Notes under the pieces: generated by a model | What the model was told of the DNA's origin: nothing | Seen by the model: only the letters and a program-made list of their open reading frames with translations | The model's database searches: none | Position numbers and translations under genes: made by a program | From: Nemertoderma westbladi | Taxonomy: Eukaryota > Animalia > Xenacoelomorpha | Direction of reading: 5' to 3' | Length of the DNA stretch: 64,000 nucleotides | Assembly (NCBI GenBank): GCA_032718475.1 | Contig: JAUCBJ010007936.1 | Location: 124,001 to 188,000 of the forward strand | Part shown: in pieces, positions 11,155-22,128 of the stretch | How the letters are laid out: every line of letters begins with the position of its first letter | How positions within the stretch are numbered: the first letter of the stretch is position 1

Positions 11155-11629
11155 TCCGAACGTTCACTCGCTCACCTGCAAGGTGGTGCCTTACCAAGGC
11201 GCAATACAGATGAGTGATGTATCTAGGATGTTCTGTACAGTTCGATAATGGCCTATTTCCTATTCAACTGCGCCTTTTAACCTAAATTATTCCTAATTAA
11301 TTTTGAAGCTAGTAAATGAGCGTAATTTACAATTTCTGTCCGTTACTTTTATTATGTTCCAGAACAACTTCCCTTGTGTTGCCACTATTTTACAACTTTC
11401 AGCCCTATTCTATTTATTTATCCATTTACTTTGATTCTACTGTCCTACTATTTACTACTGCCTATGGATTACTCTATTCTCTAATCCACATTCTGGCCTA
11501 CTCTGTGGGTCTATGCAGTACAGCAGTATGCGTCGTGTGGCCACACGATTTATCCAGCTGTACTCATATGCCCCCCTCTCTCTACTAACTGCTAACTAAT
11601 ACCTATATCTATATCCCCTTTTACCTCTT

Positions 11630-12206
11630 AATCTCTCTCTTCTAACTAACGGTACTATGTACCCTCTAACTCTAACCTTTCTAACTAACAGTACTTACGT
11701 ACCCTCTAACTCTCTAACTAACTATCGGTACTACGTACCCTCTAACTCTCTAACTAACTATCGGTACTACGTACCCTCTAACTCTCTAACTAACTATCGG
11801 TACTACGTACCCTCTAACTCTAACTAACTAGCGGTACTACGTACCCTCTAACTCTCTAACTAACTATCGGTACTACGTACCCTCTAACTCTAACTAACTA
11901 GCGGTACTACGTACCCTCTAACTCTCTAACTAACTATCGGTACTACGTACCCTCTAACTCTAACTAACTAGCGGTACTACGTACCCTCTAACTCTCTGAC
12001 TAACTAACGGTACTTACGTACCCTCTAACTAACTCTCTAACTGGCGGTACTACGTACCTCCTAACTAACTGATTAACTAACGGTACTTACGTACCCTCTA
12101 ACTAACTCTCTAGCTGGCGGTACTACATACCTCCTAACTAACTAACTAACTAACGGTACTTACGTACCCTCTAACTAACTCTCTACCTGGCAGTACTACG
12201 TACCTC

Positions 12207-12237
<31 letters not shown>

Positions 12238-12255
12238 GGTACTACGTACCTTCTT
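11630..12255. repeat. Tandem array of 17 units of ~34-45 bp, each with a GGTAC-(T)TAC-GTACC palindrome and CTAA runs
   Basis: Counted directly; alternating 36/34-bp higher-order structure in the middle; lies between integrase and cargo ORF of element B. Confidence 0.95.
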
Positions 12256-12405
12256 ACTAACTCTCTGCCTACTAACTGCGTACCTACCATGTACTATTTT
12301 ATTTTTTATTTTATTTTATTATTTTGTTTGTGGGAAGGGCGTCTCGCCCTCAATCCCACCCCCCTCAGTCCAAAACTTGGACGACTAAACTTTTCTCTAA
12401 CTCTG

Positions 12406-15400
12406 CTAAGGTGCCCCTTCTAATAGACAGCATTTACCTACAGCTCTCCTGTAGGTTTTTCTGTCCTTCGCACCTATCTTTCCACCTATCCGCACTTCTA
12501 CCGATCGGACTCTTCCGTCCTCGTCGGAGTAGGTGCCTACAACTCTCGCCAACCGCCATTGGTTGTTGATGATAGTATCATCCGTGACGATTACGAGATC
12601 TCCTGCTCTTAACTCCCTGTTTGACTTCCTCCACTTGCTTCGTTTATGGAGTGTGGGTAGGTATTCTTCGACCCACCTCCTCCAATACTCTGCGCTTATT
12701 GCTTTAGCGACTTTCCAACTTTGGCGGGAGTGTATGTCGTCTGGGTCTGCACCCCGCATATCGATGGTCATTGGCCTCTCCATTAGGAAATGGCTAGGCG
12801 TTAGCACGTCTAGTGACTCAGGGTCATCATTCTCCGGGTATAGCGGTCTGCTATTAATGATCCCCTCGCACTTCGCAAGTACTGTACGTAAGACGTCCTC
12901 AGTGACCATGTGGGTGTTCATTAGCTTCGTCATTAGACGCTTTGAACTGCCCACCAGTCTCTCGACGCATCCTAGTGTATATGGTGCATACGGCGTCCTT
13001 CTCTCCCACTTTACTTGTCGTCGTCTCATGGCTGCCCTGACTTCTTCCCCCTCCAAGATGTCCAAGGCCTCTGCCATCTCACTCTCTGCGCCCACAAAGT
13101 TGGTGCCGTTGTCGCTGTATATCACTGCGATCGTCCCACCTTTGCGGTCCCTAAACCTTTCTAAGGCGTTAATGAACGCTGATGCGGTTGCATCCTGGGC
13201 GAGTTCTATCCCTACCGCCCGTGTGTTGTTGCATACGAAGATAATGCCGTAGCGTTTCTCCGTGTGTCGCATCACTCTGATCTTTATCGGCCCGAACATG
13301 TCCACACCGCAATGCGTAAATGGCGGGTCGTGCTGTCTTACCCTACTCGCCGGTAGTGGCGCCATCTCCTGTACGGCTCGCTCCTTCTTCGCTCGTCGGC
13401 AGGTCTGGCACTGCCCCACTACCGCTTTAACCTTCTTCCTTAATTGTTTGACCCAATAGGTCCTCCTTATCTCTGTGAGGGTTCGGTTGGTGCCCCCGTG
13501 CAATATCGATTTGTGGGAGTCCCATATAATCTGGTGGACTATTGGCGATCCTGTAGGAATGATGATGGGTTTCGGTGGTACGACTATGCTATTGTTGTAT
13601 CCCACCCTAGAATTCATTACTAGAATCCCGTCGTCATTGAGTTGTGGCGACAGCGTAATCAGCTCGCTGTCCCGTCGGAGGTGCTGTTGGTTACCGACGC
13701 GTTCCACCTCGTCGCCGTAGTTCTTCCGTTGTTCATAGCGGATCACTGCCTTGGCCGCTCCTTCCAGATCTATGGTTGTCCTGATCTTCTTGTCCTTGCC
13801 GACTCCCGCAAGGAAATTCCCGAAGGCTCTCCAGTACGCCACTAGTTTCTTGGTCTTATACCAACTAGAACTGTAGCTGAGGAGTTTATCCGTCGGGTTA
13901 TCGCACAGTTCCCTTCCTGGTTGCACGTCCCTAATCTCCCTCACCATCTGGGAGTATATCTCTTCTCCCTCTGAATCTCCCTCTTCTCCTTCTGATACTA
14001 CTTCCGAGCCCGGGTCCACCTTCCTCATCGGCGGCCAGGCCTCCCTATCGCTCAGAAATTGTGGCCCATGTTGCCACAATACTTCCTTCTTCAGGAAAGT
14101 GTGGCGTTCCACGCCCCTCGACAGCAAGTCCGCTGGGTTCTCGTCTGTTGGGCAGTAGTGCCACCTTTCCAGTTCTGTGCTCGCCCTTATTTCGTCCACT
14201 CTATTCGCGACGAATATCGGGTATCTCGTCCTTTCGTTGTGTAGCCAACCAAGCACTACCATGGAGTCCGTCCAGTAGTGTGTCTCCACTATGTTGGGAA
14301 TAGTATCCACTAGGTAGGCTGTGGCTCTTACTCCTAGTCTCGCAGCTGTCAATTCTAACTTGGGAACTGATGCTGAATCTGGCGGCGTTGACTTTGCTTT
14401 GCTAAAGGCTAGTCTTGGCTTATGAGCCCCCTCTCGTTGTACTAAGTAGAGTGCCGCTCCGTACGCTTCCAACGACGCGTCGGAGAACATGTGTAGGTCC
14501 AGATTCGTCATGTTCCCATCCGGGAAATACACCCTTGGCATGTTGTATGTTCCCATCTTCTCCAAGTCTCCTGTCCACTTGCTCCACTGTTTCTTGATTT
14601 CCTCTGGTACCTCTACGTCCCACTCATCTTTCAATTTGTATACTCTCTTGAGTATCTGTTTCCCCGTGACTAATAATGGGGATGCTAGGCCTAGGGGATC
14701 GTATATCCTTGCTATATACGATACATAACCCCTCTTCGTGTGGATGTCTGCGCCCTCCTGGCTCAGCTGATACTTCAGTTCGTCTGTCTCTCTATCCCAC
14801 ACGATTCCCAATGCCTTCTGCTGGGATTCCGTTCTCTTAATCGCCATGTCCTGCCCTTTGGCTGTTGTGGGATTATCCATGGTCGATTCTGGTTTCCTGT
14901 CCTCTATGGCTTTGATAAATTCTTCCGAACTGGATTGGAATTTGGTCAGGTTAAAGCCGGATCCTTTTAGGATGTCGCGAACCTCGCGCCCTGTATCCAG
15001 TATCTCCTTAACCGTATTTCCAGACTCCATTCCGTCGTCTACGTAGAAGCCGCGTCGAATCATATCGACGGCCCTACTGCTGTATCTATCTTCCTTCCCC
15101 TTTACTGTGTCTCTCACTGCCATAGTCGTCGTAAATGAAGACGACTTGGCCCCCATGTTCTGTACTATCATCTTATATGCTGGTATTATCGGCGGTTCTT
15201 CTTCGCCGTTATACCATAAGAAGCGTTGACTGTCGCTATCTTCTTCCGTTACACGGACTTGGTTGAACATGCCTTCTATGTCACACGTGAAGGCGTGTTT
15301 CCCATTTCGAAATCTAAGTAACACCTCTATGCCCGAATTGTAAATGTTTGGGCCTTCTAACAGGTAGTCGTTTAAGCACTTTCCGTCGGTCTTTGCCGAT

Positions 15401-17670
15401 GCGTCGACTACCATCCTTAGTTTACCTTTCTTTGGATCTAAAGCCACGTGCAGTGGCAGGTAATATGTTCTATCCGTGTTCGGCTCGTCGACCGGTAACT
15501 CCACGGCCCATCCTTTCTCGACGTACTTCTTAATTGTTCTGTGGATGTACTCATTCTTCTCGGGGCTCCGTTTTAGTGTTTGTTTCAGTTTGCGGAGTCT
15601 CGTGAGTACCATCCCCCTATTGTCGGGCAGCGGTATCTTCGGTAGTTTCCATACCATTCCTATAGTATACCGCCCCTCATTGCATGTCATCGATTCCTCC
15701 ACGCTTTGTAAAGCCTGCTTGTCTTCTACCGAGGTCCCGACCCCGGTTTCTTTCAGTCCCTCGAAATCTTGTCTGAGCAGTCTTTTGAGCTGCTCCTCTG
15801 CTCCCTCGTCACCCATTTCCTGCATTGTTCCCGCGAACATGCATCCTGATGTCTCCGACATCCTAAATGGTATCTTGCTCTTGATTGGACCACTCAGCGT
15901 CCACCCGAATGGTGTTAATATGGCCACCGGGTCACTCTGCTTGTCTTCGCCGAAGACCGTTTGCATTCTTTCGTGGGCCGTTGGGCAGTCCATACCTACT
16001 ATGATGGATACCTTCCTAACGTCCACGTCTGGGATTGAGAAGTCAATGTCGTCCAGGAATTTATACTGCTCGACCTCGATGTTGGTTGGCCGCCTGGCAT
16101 TGATATTAATTGACTCTATCACTTGAATGGGGTCGATGGTTGCCCCATAGTCGCATCCTGGTGCCACTGCTGCAATTGCGCACCGTCCTGTTCTCATCTC
16201 CAGGATCTCATCTTTGCTAGAGATGGTTGTTACCGCCATCCTGCTTGGCCTCGTTCTCAATCCTATCTCCTCGGCCACCCATTCCTCGACTAATGTGAAG
16301 GCAGCTCCACTATCAACCAGCATTAGTGTTGTTACTGATCGATTGCCTTCCCCGATCACTCGTACTGGTACTACTCCAAGTAGCACCGTTCCTCTCTTCT
16401 TCGCCCCTACTGTGCTCGTCGCCATCGTTTGGCCTCTCCTTTGACCAAATTTCATTGGCTTCTCCTTGCACTCCCTTGCTCTATGTCCACTCATTACACA
16501 TCGCGAGCAGATTTTATTGCTGAACGCATAGTCTATCTGATCTTGCCTAGGTAGCGCCTGCCAGTACCTGCAGTTCATAGTTTGATGAAGCGCATTTGCG
16601 TGTAGCTGACATTTGCTCTTTGGGTCGTAGCCCTCTTTATACAGTGCATTGCGTATCGCAGTTGCGTTCGTACCAAAGTCCCTACTATTCTTATTGTTTG
16701 GGTTTTGCCTATTGGACGTACTGGGGTTATGTTTATTCGTGTTATTATTGTTTCCCTGTCCGTTCCATGATGTTGTCTTATCCTCGGCTAGCTGTGGACT
16801 TGCAGTCCCCTGCGTCGCTGCATATGGCAATGATTGCCTGAGTCTCGGTAATGCGTTCGATGTGTTGTGCTCTGGTTTCGGTCTATGGTAGTCTGTCTTC
16901 GGTCCCTTTCCCAGGCTGTCTTCGCTATAGACTGGGTCAGTTATTAGTTCAGCCTCGTAGTTTAAGAAGTTTGACATTTCTTCTAAACCCGGTTCCGCAC
17001 CCTTCTTATCTCGAGTGGAGAAGGCGATTTTCCTCCACTTGTTGCGCAGCCAGTTTGGTAGTGCCTGCGCTATCGTGGTGATGTTGTTGGACGCATTGAG
17101 CTCGTACGGCGCGTCTAGCGTCTTCAGCACGATTAGCGCCTTTTCGACTTTGTTAGCGAACGTCTTAATGCTAACGGGATTATCCTGTAGGCCACCCGAT
17201 GTTATGCCTCTCAGCGTCTGCCTGATGATCTTGGCCGGGTGCCCGTATTCCCTATCCAGTGCCCGCCATGCTGTCGTGAAGCCGCCCTCTATTCCTTGAT
17301 ATTGCCTCACGATGTCGTATGCTGGGCCTCCCGTGTACACTTGTAGATACTTTAGGCACTCCGCCTGCGTCAAGTTTTTTGTTAGTATTTCGTTACTATA
17401 CATGCGCCGAAACTGTAGATATTCTTCCGGCCTGCTCCCATCGAATTTGAATGGTTCCACGGGTGGTAACTCGATCCTCGTTTTCAACGCATCGATCAAC
17501 GTGGCCATCCCCATCGCCTGCGCTTCCAATGGATTCGATGGGTGCTGCATAGTTTCTCCTGTCTGGTGCGTTCCGTCTGTCCTATTTCTTGACTTTCTCT
17601 GACTTGGGTATGTCATCGGGGGTAGCGGCCCCCTCCATATGTCTGTATCACACGACCTATTCTCATCCAA
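12406..17670 (-). CDS. Element B gag-pol polyprotein (Pao gag core, zinc knuckles, aspartic protease, RT, RNase H, integrase), 1754 aa uninterrupted
   Basis: KFDGS gag core; CQLH...H...C and CSRC...GH....C; LVDSGA; DIEGMFNQV and FYVDD; LHMFSDAS, YWTDS, NPADLLSRG; HCGVDMFGP, IYSDNGTNF, ERLV. Confidence 0.95.
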   Translation of the reverse strand: MDENRSCDTDIWRGPLPPMTYPSQRKSRNRTDGTHQTGETMQHPSNPLEAQAMGMATLIDALKTRIELPPVEPFKFDGSRPEEYLQFRRMYSNEILTKNLTQAECLKYLQVYTGGPAYDIVRQYQGIEGGFTTAWRALDREYGHPAKIIRQTLRGITSGGLQDNPVSIKTFANKVEKALIVLKTLDAPYELNASNNITTIAQALPNWLRNKWRKIAFSTRDKKGAEPGLEEMSNFLNYEAELITDPVYSEDSLGKGPKTDYHRPKPEHNTSNALPRLRQSLPYAATQGTASPQLAEDKTTSWNGQGNNNNTNKHNPSTSNRQNPNNKNSRDFGTNATAIRNALYKEGYDPKSKCQLHANALHQTMNCRYWQALPRQDQIDYAFSNKICSRCVMSGHRARECKEKPMKFGQRRGQTMATSTVGAKKRGTVLLGVVPVRVIGEGNRSVTTLMLVDSGAAFTLVEEWVAEEIGLRTRPSRMAVTTISSKDEILEMRTGRCAIAAVAPGCDYGATIDPIQVIESININARRPTNIEVEQYKFLDDIDFSIPDVDVRKVSIIVGMDCPTAHERMQTVFGEDKQSDPVAILTPFGWTLSGPIKSKIPFRMSETSGCMFAGTMQEMGDEGAEEQLKRLLRQDFEGLKETGVGTSVEDKQALQSVEESMTCNEGRYTIGMVWKLPKIPLPDNRGMVLTRLRKLKQTLKRSPEKNEYIHRTIKKYVEKGWAVELPVDEPNTDRTYYLPLHVALDPKKGKLRMVVDASAKTDGKCLNDYLLEGPNIYNSGIEVLLRFRNGKHAFTCDIEGMFNQVRVTEEDSDSQRFLWYNGEEEPPIIPAYKMIVQNMGAKSSSFTTTMAVRDTVKGKEDRYSSRAVDMIRRGFYVDDGMESGNTVKEILDTGREVRDILKGSGFNLTKFQSSSEEFIKAIEDRKPESTMDNPTTAKGQDMAIKRTESQQKALGIVWDRETDELKYQLSQEGADIHTKRGYVSYIARIYDPLGLASPLLVTGKQILKRVYKLKDEWDVEVPEEIKKQWSKWTGDLEKMGTYNMPRVYFPDGNMTNLDLHMFSDASLEAYGAALYLVQREGAHKPRLAFSKAKSTPPDSASVPKLELTAARLGVRATAYLVDTIPNIVETHYWTDSMVVLGWLHNERTRYPIFVANRVDEIRASTELERWHYCPTDENPADLLSRGVERHTFLKKEVLWQHGPQFLSDREAWPPMRKVDPGSEVVSEGEEGDSEGEEIYSQMVREIRDVQPGRELCDNPTDKLLSYSSSWYKTKKLVAYWRAFGNFLAGVGKDKKIRTTIDLEGAAKAVIRYEQRKNYGDEVERVGNQQHLRRDSELITLSPQLNDDGILVMNSRVGYNNSIVVPPKPIIIPTGSPIVHQIIWDSHKSILHGGTNRTLTEIRRTYWVKQLRKKVKAVVGQCQTCRRAKKERAVQEMAPLPASRVRQHDPPFTHCGVDMFGPIKIRVMRHTEKRYGIIFVCNNTRAVGIELAQDATASAFINALERFRDRKGGTIAVIYSDNGTNFVGAESEMAEALDILEGEEVRAAMRRRQVKWERRTPYAPYTLGCVERLVGSSKRLMTKLMNTHMVTEDVLRTVLAKCEGIINSRPLYPENDDPESLDVLTPSHFLMERPMTIDMRGADPDDIHSRQSWKVAKAISAEYWRRWVEEYLPTLHKRSKWRKSNRELRAGDLVIVTDDTIINNQWRLARVVGTYSDEDGRVRSVEVRIGGKIGAKDRKTYRRAVGKCCLLEGAP

Positions 17671-17728
17671 GGGTCTCGTTGTTCTTGCCCCTATCGGGGT
17701 ATATTGTTGATATTGTGATGGGGGAATG

Positions 17729-20700
17729 TCACCCTGTCCCCCCCCCCCCCACCGGTATGTTTGGTACTGGGGTTGATGTTAATATGTTGGGGCCCATGCA
17801 CCTATCCGCAATAATTCCCCCCTCCCCTGGGTATATGTTATGTCCCTGCATGCTGTAGTCATACTGCTGTGCTGGTACCGGTATAGGCCTATCAGCTTCT
17901 GGCCTACCCGCCGGTATGTATTCCGCGACTTCCGGGTTTAATCCCGTTGTCCACGCTATCCTATCGCCTACATTGCCTCTCTCAGTATGGCCTATGGTAT
18001 GTGCAGTAAGGCCTACAGTATGTCCTACAGTCTGCATGTGTTGTTCGGGATCGAAGTTTATTCTTCTCGAATAATCCTCCCCGCGGCTACCGTATTCTCG
18101 ATCGATAGGTATATTCCGTCGGAAAGTTTCTCTTCGACCCCCCTCTCTACTGTTCTCATCTTCGTACCGGTACATCGCGTACCCCTCTCTCGGCGCGTAG
18201 TGCGCCTCGCCGGGTCGCATCTCTCCGGGGCGACGGCAATCTCCCGGAGTCCGACCCCACTGACTCTCCGTTCTCATCTCAACTACCGACGGCTCGCTAT
18301 CCGTCCTCGCTCTTCTATCGTTCGCGGCGATACCTCTACTACTGTCTTCTCTTCTTCTCCTTTCAGTGGAGTATTCCCGCTCGTGAGATCTCTCGTCGAC
18401 CTCCCGGTTAAACCCCACTGTTCTTCTTTCCTCTTCTGATCGGGCTCGACGCTTCGTCCGCCCTCTTACGACGTCAACCTGTCTCTCTCTGCTCGGTCGC
18501 ACGCCGCTGGGGATACTCGCAATCCCCCTATTACTTTCCGTCGGCGGTTGTTGCGGTTTACCTATTTCGGCCCGCGCATTATCCGCTGACGGCTGTGGGA
18601 CACTCTCTGCCCCCCCCCCCCTTTCGCCGCTAACTCGCTGTTGTGGGGTTCTCGTAGCCCCCCCCCCCCACTCGCCACATCTAACTTCGCTACTCCTCAC
18701 CCCGCTACTATATCCCTCTCCAGTCGACACATCAAGCCTACCGCGGTCGGGTCTATTCACCCCCGCCTCTCCCTCTGCTATTGCGTGGCCTACCAGGCCC
18801 TCTACTCCCTGCCTACCAACTATGTGGCCTACCAGGCCCTCGCTGGGTCTACCTAACCCAGCCACTCCCTGCCTACCAACTACGTGGCCTACCAGGCCCT
18901 CGCTGGGTCTACCTAACCCAGCTATTCCCTGCCTACCAACTACGTGGCCTACCAGGCCCTCGTCTGTCTGGCCATACACGCCCGACGTGTTTACATTAAT
19001 AGCACCTGTATTGGAAACGGAATTAATTTGTTCGTTCGAAATAAAATCATTTGAATTATCTTGCGCGACTACACTATCTGAATTATTTTGTAAATTCGGG
19101 CTCGCTGAATTATTTAAGTTATTTAGATTATTTTGTGTTATTGCATTACTTAAATTATTTTCTAAGTTCGAATTTGGGTTATTACTTTGATTAATTGGAT
19201 TATTTTGCGTAGCTACATTAATATTAGAATTATTTTCTACATTAACATTAGGAATGTTCTGATTTAAATTTAAATTACTACCACTAGGTAAAGTATTGCC
19301 TGCAATAAAGGTTTGATTAGAATTGTCCCATACGGTACTATTAATATTAACCACGTCTACTGTACCATTATCATTATTACCCCCCCCCCCCCCCCCCCCC
19401 CGCCCGTACGGTCACACCAGTTTTGAGTCTGTCGTGCGGTCCCTGTAAGTGGGGTATTAATAAATGTATCCACGGCCCCCAGCTCCCCAAAAATACTCGA
19501 GAGAGCCTCGCTCTCAGACTCCCCCATTTGCGCCAGTTCCACCTCACGCGCGTGTATAGCTTCATACTCTACGAGTTTGTCTCGCTGTTTCTCCAATTCT
19601 CTTCGCTCACGCTCCGCTTTTGCTATTTTATCCATAGCCTCCCCCTCGGTCTGCTTGGCCAATTCCATCTATCTCCTAATCCCCTCCCTTCGCCTCGCCT
19701 CACGCGCTCTACGCTCACTCTCCTCCCTCACTTCACGCTCTCTGCGTTCACTTTTCTCCTTCGCTTCACGCTTCTCGCGTTCGCTTTTCTCTCTCGCCAC
19801 ACGCTCTTCTTGTTCCTTCAGCTCTATTTCATCATACTCCCTAAGGCTCCTCACGGCCCTTTCGGCCCTCTCTCTTATCTCTCCAATCGACGCCATTTCC
19901 CTCTCCAGCAGCACTCTCCCTTCCTCTAGCCGTCTACCTACTTCTCTATTACCTTGCACTGCTAGATTGAGACGGTACCTAGCGTCTATCTCTCTCACCC
20001 GTCTTTCTTTTGCGGAGGATGTAGCAGACTTATCGGTTGTGGAGGATTCCCTCCGCCTTCCCGATCTACTAGCTTTCCCCCTCCTCCTGGAACTCCCTCC
20101 GACCGACAAGACCGAATCCGCGGGGTCAGCCTCGGATTCGCCCTCCTCAGGTCTGTTCCAACCCGCTAATTTTACTCCCCGGGCATCGACCAAGTATGGC
20201 CCTATGTACACTGACGCTACGCTAGGTTCCATACTCCCACATTCCCATAGTTCAAACAGTTCGCTGGCAACCCCTTTTGCTCTCTCCTCGGCTAGTTCCA
20301 TCTGCCCAAAACGCATTAGGTAATTAAAGTGTCTATCCGACTCACCTAGTCGTTCCCTCAGTCTCACCTCGTCTATCTCCGCCCCTTCCTTCTTAGCGTC
20401 CTTTAGTAGTCTTTGGGTCGCGTTGTAGGCCCGTCGGAGTCGATCAGAAACCCCGACGTCCTCGTCGCCGATCTTTCGTCCGTCTCTCTGGGTCCGACGT
20501 CGTACCGGCGGCCCCACCGTCGCCGTTTCGGCGGGCCGCTCGTCGCCCTCGGCCTGTGGCTGGCCGGCGACATCGGTACCGATATCTCGTTCGTCTCTCT
20601 GCGTCCGGGGCCGCACCGTCGGCCCCACCATCGCCGTTTCGGCGGGCCGCTCGTCGCCCTCGGCCTGTGGCTGGCCGGCGACACCGGTGCGTCGACCCCC

Positions 20701-20913
20701 GTCCCGTGTCGACTCGTCTCCGTCTCCCTCCGTCTCGCCCTCTCTTTCTCTCGTTTCGACCTCGGGTTCCAGGCCCCCCTCGTCCTGAACTGCCGGATGA
20801 CCCGTTTCCGATGGGTCCGGCGTTGTGGGCCTGTATCGCCTGGTTGCGGCCTCGCGGATCGTTAACTCTTCGTCCGGGGTCCGCGTCGGTGTCGTGTCAC
20901 CTGACCGACTCAT
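17729..20913 (-). CDS. Element B long gag N-terminal extension (ORFs 19669-20913, 19357-19668, 17729-19354)
   Basis: One in-frame TAG at 19669-19671 and frame changes at two G homopolymers (19381-19401, ~17739-17749); coiled-coil, Asn-rich, Gly-repeat and Arg/Glu-rich segments. Confidence 0.65.
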
Positions 20914-21044
20914 CTCTCTTCTGCAGATTTCGGTAGCTAGTGGCTATTGAGTTTATCCGGGGCGGCAGCTGATTTAGTTACTGCCGAAGGGTTTAGTTAC
21001 TGAGTTACTGTGTTTAGCTAGGGCAGCAGCACTGATTTAGTTAC

Positions 21045-21591
21045 TGTGACGGGATCCAAGAGGGATCCCGGTTTATCCGGTTTTAGTTCACGCGTCCCCG
21101 CCGTGTATAAAGAGTGAAATGAGTTCTGATGTTGTTTGTTGTATATAATATAATATGTGGATATAGATATAGATATAGTATGAGATAATATTGTCGTATA
21201 CGGAAGGCGGGATACGGTAACTAAAGTCCTGGTCCTTCCCTATCTAAAACTATGTAATAACCTAACTAGCACCGGTATTGCACTGAGATAACTGAATTGG
21301 TATTATTACTGCCAAGTGGCTATATTGCACGGTTGGCCTTGTTACTCTACCTAATCGATGCCTTTCCCCCCTCTGATTGGTTGATACCCTTGTTGGCGCC
21401 CTTTGGAGTGTTCCCGTTCACTCCACCTATTCTCTCTGGGTTAGGGGTTTGGCCCCTGACCCTCTTTGTGTGCTTCCTTCCCACTCTTATTGGGATGGCA
21501 CGAATTGGTTAATTACCCAATCTCGTGGCTCCCAATATTGCTTATCGGCTTATAACTTTATGGGGTGTTAGCGGGATTGAATAAGCTAACA
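21045..21591 (-). repeat. Element B 5' LTR
   Basis: Direct repeat of 7344-7890. Confidence 0.95.
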
Positions 21592-21962
21592 TTCCGAGTT
21601 CTTTTCAGTCTCGTAATAGCTGCTGTTGGCCAGGGACCACTAAGGGCAGTCCTTGTCCTTTAGGCCTGGCGCATTACCAAATCCACCCCTACAGGCAGCA
21701 GGAAGTTGGCCAGGGCCTAATAGTACTCAGGCTAACCTGAATACTGCTTGAATTTTCCATCCCCCCCCTGGCCCTTATAACTATGAAATTATTCCCGTAC
21801 CCTGTAAGTTGCCCCAAAGTTCGCCCATAAATCGCCCCCAGTTTATAGAATGTGCCCAAAACCCATGGTCCCGCACCCAGTAGTAATATCGGAATAATCA
21901 ATTTTAAATCAATACAAAAAAATATTCAACTCGCGTTATGGAAAGTTGAAATACCGCGAACA
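21592..21962 (-). repeat. Element A 3' LTR, right part
   Basis: Near-identical to 32500-32871; ends GCGAACA and is followed by the PPT. Confidence 0.9.
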
Positions 21963-22128
21963 GTCCCCCCCAATGACCTTCGTGAAGTCTGTCGGTAGAT
22001 TGAGTTTGCGTAGGTCATTCCCAATATAAAAAACCCAAATTTAATATTGCATAGTTTTAATTAATTTGGCCTAGAGTTTATATATATGTATAAATGTTCG
22101 ATAAATGTTCCTGGAATATCCCGATCCA

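Larger units (their letters stand above)
7344..21591 (-). mobile_element. Young, near-intact Bel/Pao LTR retrotransposon element B (14.2 kb) with exonuclease/zinc-knuckle cargo
   Basis: 547-bp TG...CA LTRs differing at 3 positions by my count; 5-bp TSD TTCCG (7339-7343, 21592-21596), single-copy in A's other LTR; PPT at 7891-7899; complete gag-pol. Confidence 0.95.

Noticed and set aside
11630-12255. CRISPR-like array (palindromic repeats at ~35-bp period)
   Set aside because: Intervening sequences are themselves repeated CTAA runs, not unique spacers; no cas genes; eukaryotic retrotransposon context.
12533-17602. Many plus-strand ORFs antisense to element B pol
   Set aside because: Shadow ORFs of a GC-rich coding strand; no recognisable motifs.
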